A stretch of 61,435 nt of DNA, the filler included, from Nemertoderma westbladi (taxonomy: Eukaryota > Animalia > Xenacoelomorpha), in NCBI GenBank assembly GCA_032718475.1. It is 3 parts of 3 records of this genome, joined end to end, with 100 filler letters (N's around TTAATTAATTAA, not from the genome) between each part and the next. Parts side by side here need not be neighbours in the genome. Positions count along the whole stretch, not along the records: positions 1 to 21,700 come from JAUCBJ010002726.1; positions 21,801 to 50,779 come from JAUCBJ010003167.1; 1 more part is not named here. The stretch is one strand, 5' to 3'. Below, in pieces: positions 11,950-25,300 of this stretch. Below the pieces are notes generated by a model that made no database searches, was not told the DNA's origin, and saw nothing but the letters and a program-made list of their open reading frames with translations. Numbering within the stretch: position 1 is the stretch's first letter; every line of letters starts with the position of its first letter. Both the position numbers and the translations under genes were made by a program.

Positions 11950-13455
11950 ACCTTATTTGAGTCAGTGCAAATCGCACGAGTACCCCCCTCCCCCTGGTCA
12001 AAATTCAAATGTCTGTTGTTTATTTACTCTATAGCCGAATTTAATAATGGTTTCAAATCTGAAAAAACCGCTTAGCGAAACCTCGTTTAGTTCTAGAGTT
12101 ATCGCTGTTTGTATGTATGACGGTCTGTCACTCAAATTGTAAGACAGACAAACAACCGACAGACAGACAGACTAGATTCCATCAAACCTTACAACTGACA
12201 TCGGAAATGAAATGTGCGACCCCGAAGACCCCCATAATAAAGTTTTAGCTCGGTGATGTGCTTCTTTCGTTCCAGAAATGATTAACCAACCAGACCACAC
12301 AGACAGCCACTTTTGGTGGAACGTTTAAACTTTGAAGGCAATTAACTCGGAATGACATTTTTCATTTTTCAAAGTACTACTCTTCCGCCATTTTTTAACC
12401 AATTTTCTTTATTTTTTTCTCATTCGAAATGATTTCGGCTGTTCTTTAAAAATTATCGGTTGGAATTTTTAGAATTCTGTTTTTACAGCCAATTTTTCAG
12501 ATTAAAGCCAAAAATTTGTTAATATTTTGCCAAATTTTAATAAATATTAATTAATTTTCATAAAAAGGCAAAACTATAAATTTTAACCGATAAATTTTGT
12601 GGAGCTCACCTCCGTAATTCGAAAAAAATTGGTTCCAGAAATTTCATCTAAAATTGAATGACTAGTAGCATTTTAAGAGCAAATCTTGTTTCATTGTTTA
12701 TTCATTCAAACTAGGTTTCCGGAAGATTCTGAAAAATTCCGAAGATTTTTTACTCACTAAAAACCTTTATGCACCTACACAATAATTTAAACCCCCAAAA
12801 GTAGATCGATTTTTCAAAATTATACCATAATTTAAACCCACAAAAGGAGATCGAATTTACAAAATTATACCATATGTGGCAGTTCATATAGAAACCGACC
12901 AAAAAGGGATAAAGCTTGTTCTGAGAAAAGTAAAATACTACTGTTCGAAACAAAATTTACTATCAAAATTTCTGAATTTCAAGTCATTATCTTATGGCCA
13001 AGTGAATTACGCGTAAAAATGCTTCGGAATATCATTTATTTCCACAAAAAACTTCGGTTTTTCTGTAGATCTTGTTTATATAATTTTGCTGAATAAAAAT
13101 GCTTCGGAATATCATTTATTTCCACAAAAAACGTCGGCGATTTTCTGTATCGTATTTACATAATTTTCATTTCCGGAGTCAGTTTTCAAATTTGGCGTAA
13201 TCTAGTTTGTTTGTTCGTTTGTCCGTCTGTCGGTCTGTCTCTCAAAAACATAACGAAGCACACTACAGAGCGTAACTAAAATTTTCACTCTGGGGGTTTT
13301 TAAGGTCGGTGATTTCATCTCTGGTGTTATCTTTAATTCAAAAGCGACGCGTATTTGACGCGTAAAAGCCAGTTAAAGCCATAATGTTTTACATCCAATC
13401 ATATTACAGTTAGAAAATTTTTTGGTGTCTGGCGTTTATCAAACAAAGGTCATAA
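11950..13455. repeat. Unclassified non-autonomous DNA-element-like repeat with GACA/TGTC-rich subterminal blocks and short internal tandem duplications
   Basis: The block at ~12170-12240 recurs at ~16420-16490. An inverted TGTC-rich block lies at ~13210-13330. Tandem duplications at ~12783-12875 and ~13015-13170. Ends are uncertain. Confidence 0.4.
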
Positions 13456-13744
13456 AGGCCAATAATAACCAAATAATAATAATAACCAAATATAAAATAA
13501 AGTAACCAATAATAACCAAATATTCTGGTCTTCTGTACAAACCTGTTGCCAAGAGCAACTACCAATAGCAGAGGTTTTCAGTTCGGCACTACAATAACTT
13601 CCACATTTTCATCATTTAAAGACAGCGGCAGAAACAATAATGAATTATTCACATTTTAATTATTCATACAAAGTGTGGGGGGGGGGGGGGGGGGGGTGTT
13701 ATGGTATGTTTGAAGTTTGTTTAAGTGTTACATGATAATAAGGC

Positions 13745-14572
13745 GTTCGCGGTAGGTAGACGAAGTGTAGAGCAAATAAATCTAATTCTACATGGCAATC
13801 TAGGCAACCTTCATCTTCCAGTCGCTCAAACAATGGTTTATAATCTCTAACTACAACACGATTTATTTCACGCCAGAGTCTTTCTATACATTGGTTATGA
13901 ACGCTTCTCCCCGGTATAAACTATTATTACTAAGGCCACGATTAAGCATCATGAATCTTGCGATGTAAAAGTTTTCAACTCCACGATCGCCACGAACTCT
14001 TAGCGGTAATCCATATTCAGTAACTGCCGCTTGAAAAAATTTAAGCGCAATGTGAGCATCATTGCTACGCAGACTTCAAGGGAGGTCACTAACCTACTGT
14101 AGCCGTCGATAGTGCCATGTATTACGAATCGCCAGCTTATGAGTTTATGGTCTGTGTCAATATGCCACAGTAGATTGGCTTTCTTCACGTCATAAACCCG
14201 CCGTTTAATGGTTGTATGAGATCTAATATGTCTTCTCATGGGATCAACAATGTTCAAACGTTGGCGAACTCTCCATCTTTGAATATTCATGCCTCTAGAA
14301 CGCAAGGCACCCTTTAAGTATACTTCACCTATGTTTGGAGTTATATGAGTTATTTCTCGTATAGTGTTATCCAATGCATCGTGAGAAATGTCTGTATATC
14401 GCCCCAGACCCAGGTCTGGAATTCGTCTAACTACGGTCCGTTTGCTAACGCCGAGAGCTTCCGCAATAGCCCCATTATTAAACTGTAAGTAGCGAAGTTG
14501 TCTCAGTCTTTCTGTATCTACACTGAGGGCTAGCCGGCCGCACATTATCTTATTATTGCCTCTTGTATGCAT
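13745..14572 (-). mobile_element. IS3EU-like (HTH + integrase-core DDE) transposase relic, one frameshift near 14070
   Basis: HTH (IAEALGVSKRTVVRR) and LWHIDTDHKLISWRFVIHGTIDGYSR. After the frameshift: EYGLPLRVRGDRGVEN...GRSVHNQCIERLWRE...LHFVYLPR. Confidence 0.75.
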
Positions 14573-14629
14573 GAATGTACTGGAAAATACTGAAATACTG
14601 TAGCTCCTTGTATGTATTCCTATACTTTT

Positions 14630-15605
14630 TTCCTATTGACTATAATAAACTAACCAATAACTGCCAATAACAAAAATGTAGTTACCAACTAGTTGGTAGG
14701 TACTTTTTTCCTATTGGCTAAATAGATGGTAGGTACTTTTTTCCTATTGGCTAAAATAAACTGCCAATAACAAAAATGTAGTTACCAACTAGTTGGTAGG
14801 TACTTTTTTCCTATTGGCTAAATAGATGGTAGGTACTTTTTTTCCTATTGGCTATATTATTATTATTATTATTTCCTTTTAATGCAGGTCTCGCCCATAT
14901 AGTTAAACAGAAGGAATTAACGGTAAAGTACAACACTCACAATATAGATATATAGCACAACAAATAATATTATAATAATAATCCTAAGTAGACCTACTGT
15001 CTTACCAAGCACTAGCGTTATTCAACATAAATATAATGCGAGATAGACCATTAATATAACATGTATTTCGGATTGCACATGTAATAGAATTCCTAGAAAC
15101 ATCGATGCGTTTGAATAAACTTGATACGGATTTATTTAGAATGTGTATAAACATAGGTAAGTTAAAAGTACCGAAAGCAGCAGACATACTAGTCGGTTCA
15201 TCGTTAGTCAACCTGGGTATATGGAAAAGGTTTCTCAGACAGTTATTATAAGCCACTCTCATTTTGTCATGAACTGAACTAGAGTAATTGAGACAGACGT
15301 GACCACAACGTATTACAGTATGTAGGTGTACAAAATGCTATAATAAACTAACCAAAAACAAAAATGTAGCTACCAACTAGTTGGTAGGTACTTTTTTCCT
15401 ATTGGCTAATTAGATGGTAGGTACTTTTTTCCTATTGGCTAAAATAAACTGCCAAGAACAAAAATGTGGCTACCAACTTAGTTGGTAGGTACTTATGTCC
15501 TATTGGTTAAATAGATGGTAGGTACTTTTTTCATATTGGCTCAATAGATGGTAAGTACTTTTTGTACCAAATAAAAAAGTAGCTACCAACAATTAGTTGG
15601 TAGTA
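14630..15605 (+). repeat. Imperfect tandem array of GGTAGGTACTTTTTTCCTATTGGCT units, split by a LINE fragment
   Basis: Units at 14630-14853 resume at 15345-15605. Confidence 0.8.
14854..15335 (-). mobile_element. 5'-truncated LINE 3' end (RTE-X/L2-like) with (TAA)n tail
   Basis: The peptide MRVAYNNCLRNLFHIPR..SMSAAF..NLP..RI..SRNSI is typical of non-LTR ORF2 C-termini. (TAT)n at 14854-14872. Confidence 0.6.
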
Positions 15606-15883
15606 ACATTATGGCGCTATTGGCGTTCCATATGAATGTTTGGATCTGAGCTGAACAAGTTGGTGAACTAACTACTGTAGATCCGGAGTGGGCACACCTG
15701 GGCGGGTGTGGGCTAATCGGAATCCGACGAGGCGGTGCACACATTCATGGCTCATGACATTTCACTTAAATTAATTTATACAACATATTTTTGTGATAAT
15801 TATTGCGAATTTCGAAATAAATTAAATGTTAAAAGGGAAATGTGAAATTAAAAGTGCCGCGAAATTTCACGGCATAAACTTAT

Positions 15884-16968
15884 GGGCACGTGTTTGTGAT
15901 AAAAATTAAAAAAAAAATCTAAAAACTACGGATCAAAATTTAATGGCGATTTCAAAACTAAGAACGACATAGCGAGATCTCTTATAGTTCTCGAGTTATG
16001 ACTGTCTGTCAGCCTGTCAGAATTAAGAACAAATTTAAGAACGAAGAATGACAAAATTAAGAAACAAGCGCATTGTACAATTTTCGCTAATTGGTTTTTC
16101 CTGTTTAGTTATCTCATTTCTAATGTCAGTTTTAATGTTCACGTATTCTAGATTGTCGATTTTTCTATCTCACCGACCAGTAAAATCCCTTTAACTATAC
16201 TTTTAGCGGGGTCGTCTCCTATCCTAATTTCGACTGACAGACGCATAGATTGTCTGATAAACTGACAGACTGCCAATAAGACAGCTTGAAATATTTAAAA
16301 CATTAAAACTAACATCGGTAATAAAACCCCATAGCCTAAATTTAAATTCGGGAGTAGTGTGTTTCCTTAATTATTGACTGACAGAATGACATAATGTCTG
16401 ATAAACAGACAGACTGACAGTCTGGAATTCATCAAATCTTACAACTGACATCGGAAATGTTATCACCACCCCGGTAAACCGCCATATCGAATATTTTAGT
16501 TAAAAAGTATTCATACATATAATTTGAATTATCCCTCCATATATCAAAATGGCTTTATCTCAGAATTTTATTTTTCGTTTTTATTTTTCACTCATGTACC
16601 TGTTTCTCTGGAACTGCTGGACCAAATTGCATGAAATTTTCATAATTTTATTTTCAATTTTTACTTAATTTTCATTTCTTACTAATCCTTTGTAGCTGGA
16701 ACCATAATTTAGACATGTAGGTTAGAAATTGCATAAGTTACATCAGAAAATACAGCCAAAATACGTGTTTTTTCAATTTTTAAAAATGACATTTTTCTTT
16801 TTTGAAATTTCTGGTGTCCAAAATGACTTTTTTATTTTTTTGTTGCACGGTTGAGACACACGCTAAATTAATTCCTATAAAAATTTCAAGCCATTGTGTT
16901 CAACCAATTCCTCAGAAAAGATACATAAGCTTAATACAGTAGTTCAATGTATTGACAAACGCGTGCCC
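15884..16968. mobile_element. Kolobok-like MITE
   Basis: TIR GGGCACGTGTTTGT / ACAAACGCGTGCCC, flanked by TTAT (left) and TTAA (right). Confidence 0.5.
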
Positions 16969-17007
16969 TTAAATGTGCAGAAAAATTCCACTACTTTCTA
17001 TTCATAG

Positions 17008-17086
17008 TAACAATGTGTTGGCAAGCTGTGTTTTTCGATGTATAATAACAACACCTCGAAAAACACAGCTTGCCAACACATTGTTA
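17008..17086. repeat. Perfect 31-bp inverted repeat with 17-nt spacer
   Basis: TAACAATGTGTTGGCAAGCTGTGTTTTTCGA (17008-17038) and its reverse complement (17056-17086). Confidence 0.9.
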
Positions 17087-17849
17087 TTATCAATAATAAA
17101 AATCAGGGGCTAATAAAATGGCAGCTGACTTTGAAATTAATACTCCATATCTCAAGAACCTGTGGCCTAGTGGTTGTTGTCTCGGCTTCCTCCTCGAGAC
17201 CCGGTTAAAAAGTACGCATGTGATTAATTCTACAATTGCGCCAAAAAAAGATCATTCGCGGTTAAGACCCCTAGATCCCTTCCTATAAATGTATAACTAC
17301 TTTCTATGTTCGTCCGATAGACGACTATGTAATGACGCCCACCTCAGATCGGGCGTGTCCGAGTGGAATGTGGAAATATCATGGTGTTCGCGCATGTTCA
17401 AATCCAACAAAAGGCTGTAGAAATTTCTCAGTGTTTTTTTCCCTATCTATCCCTGTTCTTTTCCCTAGCAACACACTATAGACATAGTGCTTACGTGTGG
17501 TATTTGCTACGTGTGCTTATGTGGTATTTCAGTATTTATTCTTACTGTACTTCTAACTTTAATAAAGCCCGAGGACGGCCTCTAGGAGAGGCAGAAAGCT
17601 CGCTGCGACAATACCCTTTTTTTGTTACTTGTCGGTAGGTATAGACCTTGAACCACTTTGTTGTATTAAAATAGTTATTCAGTGATCATTGTGATTTGTA
17701 GTTAGTGTGGCGCCCTCCCTGCCTGCCTTATAGGTACCAGCCAACAGAGAGGGGACTTAGGGTTGCCCTACGCTGTTTTGTGTCACTTTACTTCCAAAAC
17801 TGCACCCGTTGTTAATAGAAGAGAACAATAATGATGATGTGGCCAGGGC

Positions 17850-18028
17850 CACATGTAGCCAGGGCGGATCTCTGCCTTGCATCCTTAAGTGGTAGCTGAA
17901 TGAGTACTGGAGTTTCCCCTGGGGAGTAAAGTTCTGGGGGGACCGCACTGGAAATAAGTCGTCAGAGTTTGTGCGTAATCCCTGGCCTAACGGCCGAAGA
18001 AAATTTACTTTACTTTACTTTTACTTTT
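17850..18028 (+). mobile_element. SINE-like 3' body with (TTTAC)n tail
   Basis: GCCTTGCATCCTTAAGTGGTAGCTGAATGAGTAC core similar to the SINE at 1646-1905, then CTGGAAATAAG and TTTACTTTACTTTAC. A possible detached A-box head lies at ~17160-17210. Confidence 0.5.
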
Positions 18029-20029
18029 GTGGCAATATATATAATTGATTTGTATAATTCTTAATTTTGTATTGATAGTCGTTTGACCTTTTATTTTTCT
18101 AAGATCGGAGAGGCTTAGGGCCACTTTTTCTACAATAGATTTTGATTTGTTCAGTGCAGTCAAGTTTCTTATTTATTTGTACGCAGTTCTTAAAGTATTA
18201 AATATATATAAAGTATTTTATACACTTGAACTGGTCAATTCTTACTTTTGACGAGATTTTTAACTTTGATTCTTGTGTTAACTTTGTGTCTGAAGCAATG
18301 TTACCGGGCAAAATTATCATAAATTACATTTTTTCTGGATGGAGTTTTCAAGTTGTGACAGTAAAAATATCGTATTTATTTTGTATATAACTTCGGAGGG
18401 TTCACTAAACTGAAGAAATATGAGGGCCTTTATGCGCCAAGGGCTATTTCTCCACCAATATTTGTTAGAATTTGTCGAAATGACAAGACCATTCCGTTTA
18501 TTAATGTTTTTACAAAAATCTCACCCGCCACTCGACTCAGGGTACGATGTTACACATTATTCAATTGTTTCTAGCCCAACATTTTTTCGCGCTATTACCA
18601 CTCCAGTCTAGTCGACTGTTATGTTAGGGCCTGATTGATAAAGGGGAAACCTCAAAGAAGAATTAACATTTAATGGCGAATCTGCAATATCTGGCGTTGA
18701 CACATATGACTCATTTTAGTCTTGTTGATATCGGCAAATAAAAAGGCGATGATTGAGATAATTTAAATGTTGATCTCAAAAATAAAAAAATATATGGATC
18801 CCGGACAATTTGCCGCAAGCAACTTAATATAAATTTAATTTAAATCCTATTATTATAGCCGGCTGTTTATTTCAGAAGACTAATACAAATTATAGAAGTA
18901 AGTTAAATTCCCACGATATTCCGCACTTTACCATAGGAACTACTGATAAGCTTATTACTCAGCTGAACTTTCGACTAAGTTAATTATATTGTTAACCAAC
19001 TTCATTTGGAATATTAATGGCACGAGAAGCAGATACTTCGATTGGTTAAAAAAGGTGAAAAGCAACTGGAACTCCTCTAGGCCAACCTTTACAATATCTC
19101 GATTACATCCATTTTCCCATATAAATGTGTTATTCATATAATGTTAACTTTTCGATAACTGAATATTTTTAGGTCGGCGTAGCGGGACCTCTAGTATTCA
19201 CTCAGTTGTTGCTGTTGTTAATTTCCAGTTGGGTTTTGGTTTTAAGGCTTGATGGGGCGTAGTGGCGCAGTTGGTAGAGCGTGGGACTCAAGGTAGTAGG
19301 CCAATCAAGGAGGAGACAGTTCATGCGTTAGTAGACGCGGAGCTTTGCGCGATTTCGCGCTTGTTACAATAAATCTTTTTACAAATGAATAAAAATATAG
19401 AAAACGCGCAATAAAATAATGTATTTGAATTCTCAGTATATCATGAATTTGATTACTACATTATCGCTGTTATGTTTTAAAGAAATGTCCCCTGTAATGG
19501 TGAATACAATCAGGTGAGTAAAAAAATAAATACAACGGTGGTATATTATTTTATATTATATATAATCTAAAACTAAAACTAATTAACAAAAAACTAATAA
19601 GCCACTAACGCGTGTTTGTTTGTGGTCATTTTGCATAACACGTGGATTTATATCCCGAATGTAAAAGGGTAAAGTAAAATAAAGTTCTCCGTACTTAGTT
19701 CCAATTTTGAATTGTTCCATGCGAATTTAGTTTCAATGGAAACGAATTTAGTTCAAATTTTGACGAACTTAGTTCCAATAACAAGAAGAAAACGAATTTA
19801 GTGCCAATAGATGCGGACTAAGTTTCAATGCTTGCGAATTTAGATCGAATGGGGAGGCGAACTTAGTTCAAATGGAAGCGAACTTAGTTTTTTAAAGTGT
19901 GGAGCGAGCCAAGCAGTAGGCGAATCCCTTGCGCAATACCTCTATTAGTGTCGACGGAATGTAACGTCCGTCGAACAGGGTATCGTAGATATGGACTATG
20001 GTCGGAGTCCTCATAACCTACTATTAGTT

Positions 20030-20740
20030 TGCTACTATTTGTTAACTCAGAACTGAATGCGCTCTCTGACTGGCTGTCGGATAACAAACTTTCACTAAAT
20101 TTAACCAAAACTGAATTTACCATTCTTTCCAACAGACATTTTAATCCGTCAGAAAATATTATACAAATTAACAACTCACCTATCTTGTTTAAAAACTCAA
20201 CAACATTTTTAGGTATCACAGTAGATAATAAATTATCCTGGAAATCCCATAATTAAGAAAATTTCAAGAACAGGTGGCTTACTATACAAACTACGTTACA
20301 TTTTTCCTCTGAACATTTCTCCGACAACTTTACTTCTCCCTTATTCACCCCTATTTATTATATGGTATTTTAATTTGGGGTAAATCTAATTATTCTACAC
20401 TCAAACCATTACGAACTAAAATTAATAAAATATTGCGCTGTATCACTTTCGCTCACTACCGATCACCGTCCAACACTATCTATAAATCTTTATCCATCTT
20501 ACCTCCCGAACACCTATTCAAACACCAAACCGCTTTACTTATGTATGATGTTAATAATAACACAATTCCCACCACTTCTCCCATTGGTCAACTTTTCAAA
20601 AAGATTTCTCATAGATACTCAACCCGCTTGGCTACCTCTTATGGCTACACGGTCCCTTTAGTTAGGTTAAACTCATCCCAATGCTCTATTTCTTACCAAG
20701 GCCCAACCATCTGGAACGCTGTACCCACTGAAATCCAGGT
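20030..20740 (+). mobile_element. Decayed CR1/L2-type LINE 3' fragment
   Basis: WLSDNKLSLNLTKTEF, TFLGITVDNKLSWKSH, HRYSTR, SISYQGPTIWNAVP. Stops and frameshifts are present. Confidence 0.85.
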
Positions 20741-21700
20741 GGAGAGCGCAAATGGAGCATTTGCGCCGTGCGAGTGCATGGCCGACGGCGTTGGCCATGT
20801 GGTATTGTTCTAGAATATTACAGTATTATTAATCCCATGTAAAGTTAAAAGTTAAAGCCCATGTTGCTGATGGAAAATAACAAATGCCTACCTTGATTTT
20901 GTTAAGGTCAGTTTTGTTTATACTTGAAGGCTTACATATATTAGTATACATGGGCATAATATTCCAAATACTTTTGTTGCGCCTGTCGATTCGTATAAAT
21001 CGACAGGCGCATAGACCCCCCCAATTTATATTACTTGTGTATTATTATTTGTGGAAGTAACACATAACCCTTAGCTGGTGGAAGTGGAGCTCTTTTGGAA
21101 CACACCAGAGATACCAGAGAACATTATATAAATTATAATTCTTTGCACTAAAGTGAATTATTCTTGAAATTATGTGCAAAATTTTCAACCATGCATACGA
21201 ATCAGTAGTCATCAATAATAATATATACAGCATTCCACAACAATTAGTTATTGTAAATATACTGTATGTTAAATGAACCACACAAAATGGTATTACTATA
21301 CAAGCAACTTATTTAAAACCATTTTCAATCAATTCAGCACTTTAGAAAACCTTATGATATAAAAAAAATTCATTCGATTTTTTTGAGGTAATAGAGATGG
21401 TTCTGAATTAACCAGGGTGGACCCTGAGCTAACGAGGGTGGCCCTGAATTAACGTGTGAGGACCCTGAGTTAATACGAGTGTTCCCTGGATTAATAAAAA
21501 ATAATTAACACCAAAACTAATAACAAATTAAACACCAAAAATACAATACCAGCAAATACAGAATACTCAAATTAACAAAAAAACAAAAAATATTATTTAA
21601 TAAAAAATTTAATATTGAACTTTTAAAGCTCTACTTAATTACAAAGAAAACCCCATGAAGATGTATTCCAATTACAATTGTTCAATCCCAGTGACTTTTG

Positions 21701-21800
21701 NNNNNNNNNNNNNNNNNNNNNNNNNNNNNNNNNNNNNNNNNNNNTTAATTAATTAANNNNNNNNNNNNNNNNNNNNNNNNNNNNNNNNNNNNNNNNNNNN
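21701..21800. other. Assembly gap with artificial six-frame-stop spacer
   Basis: 44 N + TTAATTAATTAA + 44 N, identical in form to 50780-50879. Confidence 0.97.
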
Positions 21801-22357
21801 CTCTGGAGGAGAAGGTCGAGCGGAACCGGAAACGCTACAATCGCACTGGACCGACAGCGGCAGGCGCAGCACTGACCACCCACCCACCTCCTTCTAGAGA
21901 CAAGAACCACAATAAAAGTGCTGCTAACGGAACCGAGTTGACACACCGAATAGAATCAACCAGCAGCGATCCAGTTGGGGAAGGTGATACAGTATTTCAT
22001 GGTTTCTGAGGTCACATAGATTAAATGACATTGGAATGTAATATTATTGTGTTTACACCATACAAGGTTGCAATGAGTGTAGGGAAATTTAGTTTTATTT
22101 ACAAAAAACTACAATTGGCCATTTCGCCAAAATATACGACACAGTCTAGCCATAATAGTGTTTAGGAAAGGACTTACTGACTGCTTGAACTGTTTACTCC
22201 CTATAGCTTTTACACTAACTACTGTATCTTATCCTACATATATACTAGGCTTTGTAGCGTTTACTTGTAGCGTATTAGTTAGTTTGTTTTTTTAGTTTTA
22301 ATCTACTGCATTGTTTTCTCCTAATTTGTCTTAATTTTATTGAATCTTAAATTTTAT

Positions 22358-25300
22358 ATGATTCAAAATAGCACTTGCCACTATTGCACTAAATTAATAA
22401 AAAGCTCCAATATCTCTAAATTGAAATGTGCTGCTTGTAAGCAATTTGTTCACTACCGTTGTATCCCATCTCTTAAATTTTCAGAATTTAAACAACTCTT
22501 ATCTCAGTCCATTTGGTTTTGCCCACATTGTATTTTTAATGCACTGCCTTTCACAAATATTATAGACGAAGATGAGTTTCTTTTAACAATATACGACTAT
22601 CGATTGCCTTCGATAATCGATATTGACCTTTTAACCTCTAATACAGTTAGACTGACAGATTTGAATGCAGGTGACACCAATTTTGAATTTGACAGAGACA
22701 ATAATCCAGATAGCAATATACTAAATAACATTTACACTAAAATTCAATGTCGTTACTATAACAATTTGGTGTCAACAGATTTTAACTTAAAAAATCAGCA
22801 AGAAAATGGATTCTCTCTTTTTCATACGAATATAAGGAGTGTTCCGAAGAATTTTCATAATCTATACGATTTATTACAAATAATAGAGAAACCCTTTTCC
22901 GCAATTGCTCTAACTGAAACTTGGTTGAAAAAGGACAACCTTAATGACTATCAGCTGGATGGATACAAAATTTACCATAGCAAACCTCGTGCCAATCAAC
23001 GTGGCGGGGGATGTAGTCTCTATTTAAGCAATAACTTGAATTGCAAACCCCGCCATGATCTCGAGAAAGATGAGCCTGATTTGGAGTCAGTTTTTGCCGA
23101 GTGGGATCGAGAAAATGCAAAAAATATTATCATAGGATGTATATATCGTCCACCTGCAAAATATGTAATTAGCTTTCTAAGGAAATTAAAGCACATTTTA
23201 GAACAGATTAATACAGAAAATAAAATTTGTTACCTTCTTGGCGACTTTAACATAGATATGTTAGGAGTTAATATCCATAAACAACCAACTGATTTTTTTG
23301 AACTACTATCAGAACAGTTTTTTTATCCTGTTATTACCAAACCAACTCGTATAACAGAAACTACTGCAACCTGTATTGATAATATCATAACAAACGATAT
23401 TACAAACATTCGTAAATCTGGAATAATTGTAGCCAGTTTATCTGACCATCTACCCATATTTGTCAATTCTGAAATAACAATTCCCAGTAAACATAGTAAA
23501 CCATCTTACATCTTAGTTACGGATAGATCAGAAACAAACAGTAAAAAATTTGTGGAGATCCTTAAACAAACTTTTAACAATGGAGGCTGGGAAGAAGTTA
23601 CGCAAGAAAGTGACCCCAATATTGCTTACAATACGTTTATTGAAATATATCAGAAGCTATATAACAAATGTTTTCCCACTATAAAAATAAAGATAATAAA
23701 TAGCGATAAACCTTGGCTATCTGAAAGTATTTATAAATGTATCAAACGTAAGCATGCACTATATGCAAAATACATTAATAGCAGATCTCTAAGCAAAAAA
23801 ATCGAATATACGGCTTATAAAAACCAACTTACTAAAATAATTAGGAATGCAAAAAAAGCTTATTTTGAGAAATTATTTAATATTCATAGAAATAATACGA
23901 TGAAAACCTGGAAAATAATAAAAACACTTATAAATCCCCGAGCCTCATGCTCGCCTCAAAACTATCCTGATACATTTACAGTAAACAATTCGTCAATTAG
24001 GAATAACACAGCGATTGCAAATGGATTCAATAACTTTTATCGTAATGTAGGTCCAAACTTAGCGAAAAATATTCCTAATACTAATGGTTCCATATATGAT
24101 ACCCTAGGTAACCAAACCGCATCCTCACTATACTTTTCACCACTAAGTACTAAAGATGTATATGATATTGCCTCATCAATAACCAATTCAAAAGCCTTGA
24201 GTTCGGACGGTGTTGATTCTGAAATCGCTCGGCAAAACTTTCTCTACATAGCCCATCCATTGACACACATCCTTAATCAATCATTATCTCTGGGAATATT
24301 CCCAGATCTAATGAAAGTGGCAAGAATTGTACCTATTTTCAAACATAGTAACGCCGATCAATTTGGTAATTACCGTCCTATAAGTATACTCCCATTTTTT
24401 TCGAAAATTCTAGAAAAGGCTGTTTCTCGACAATTCGTAAACTTCATGATAAAAAACTCTATTATTTATGAAAATCAGTTCGGATTTCAATCGGAAAAAT
24501 CAACTATAACAGCTCTCACTCTCCTGCAATCTAATTTGTCAGATGCTATTGAAAATAAACATCTTACACTTGGTGTTTTCTTGGATTTTAGCAAAGCCTT
24601 TGATACCGTTAATCATTCAATCCTATTAAAAAAACTTGAGCATTACGGTGTACGCGGAACCCCATTAGCATGGTTTTCCAGTTATCTCCACAATCGAACC
24701 CAATACGTTGATTTAAATGGAACAATTTCAGATACACTTGATGTGATATGTGGAGTTCCGCAGGGGTCTGTCCTTGGCCCAATTTTATTTTTAATTTACA
24801 TAAATGACATCTCAAATTCTTCAAAAATCGTAAATTTCATACTCTTCGCTGATGATACAAACTTATTTATTTCAGGCGAAAACGTACATGATCTGATATC
24901 AACAATGAACAAAGAAATACATAAAATATATCAATGGATTTGCTTAAATAAACTATCTTTAAATCTCGATAAAACAAAATATATGGTGTTCTCAATGAAG
25001 CCATATAATCCAAAAAACACAGGGGTCAAAATCGATGGGCGAACAATAAACTATACTGAAAATATTAAATTTCTTGGTATTCACCTCCAATCAAATTTCT
25101 CATGGCATTTACATATACAAAATATTCGCATAAAAGTATCAAAAAACGTAGGTGTAATAAATAAGATCAAGCATTTCGTTCCAATACAGATTAGGAAGCT
25201 CCTATATGATACATTGGTAGAACCTTATATATCGTATGCTTTAACTGTTTGGGGTAATTGTAATATTAATGACAGCACTCTTAATCCTCTAGTCCGGCTA

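Noticed and set aside
19254-19291. tRNA gene (GGGGCGTAGTGGCGCAGTTGGTAGAGCG)
   Set aside because: Only the 5' half and A box are present, with no B box or T arm. It is a truncated SINE/tRNA fragment.
21745-21756. TTAATTAATTAA palindrome inside N-runs (also 50824-50835)
   Set aside because: Identical symmetric spacer in both gaps: a scaffolding artefact. Adjacency across the gaps is therefore unproven.
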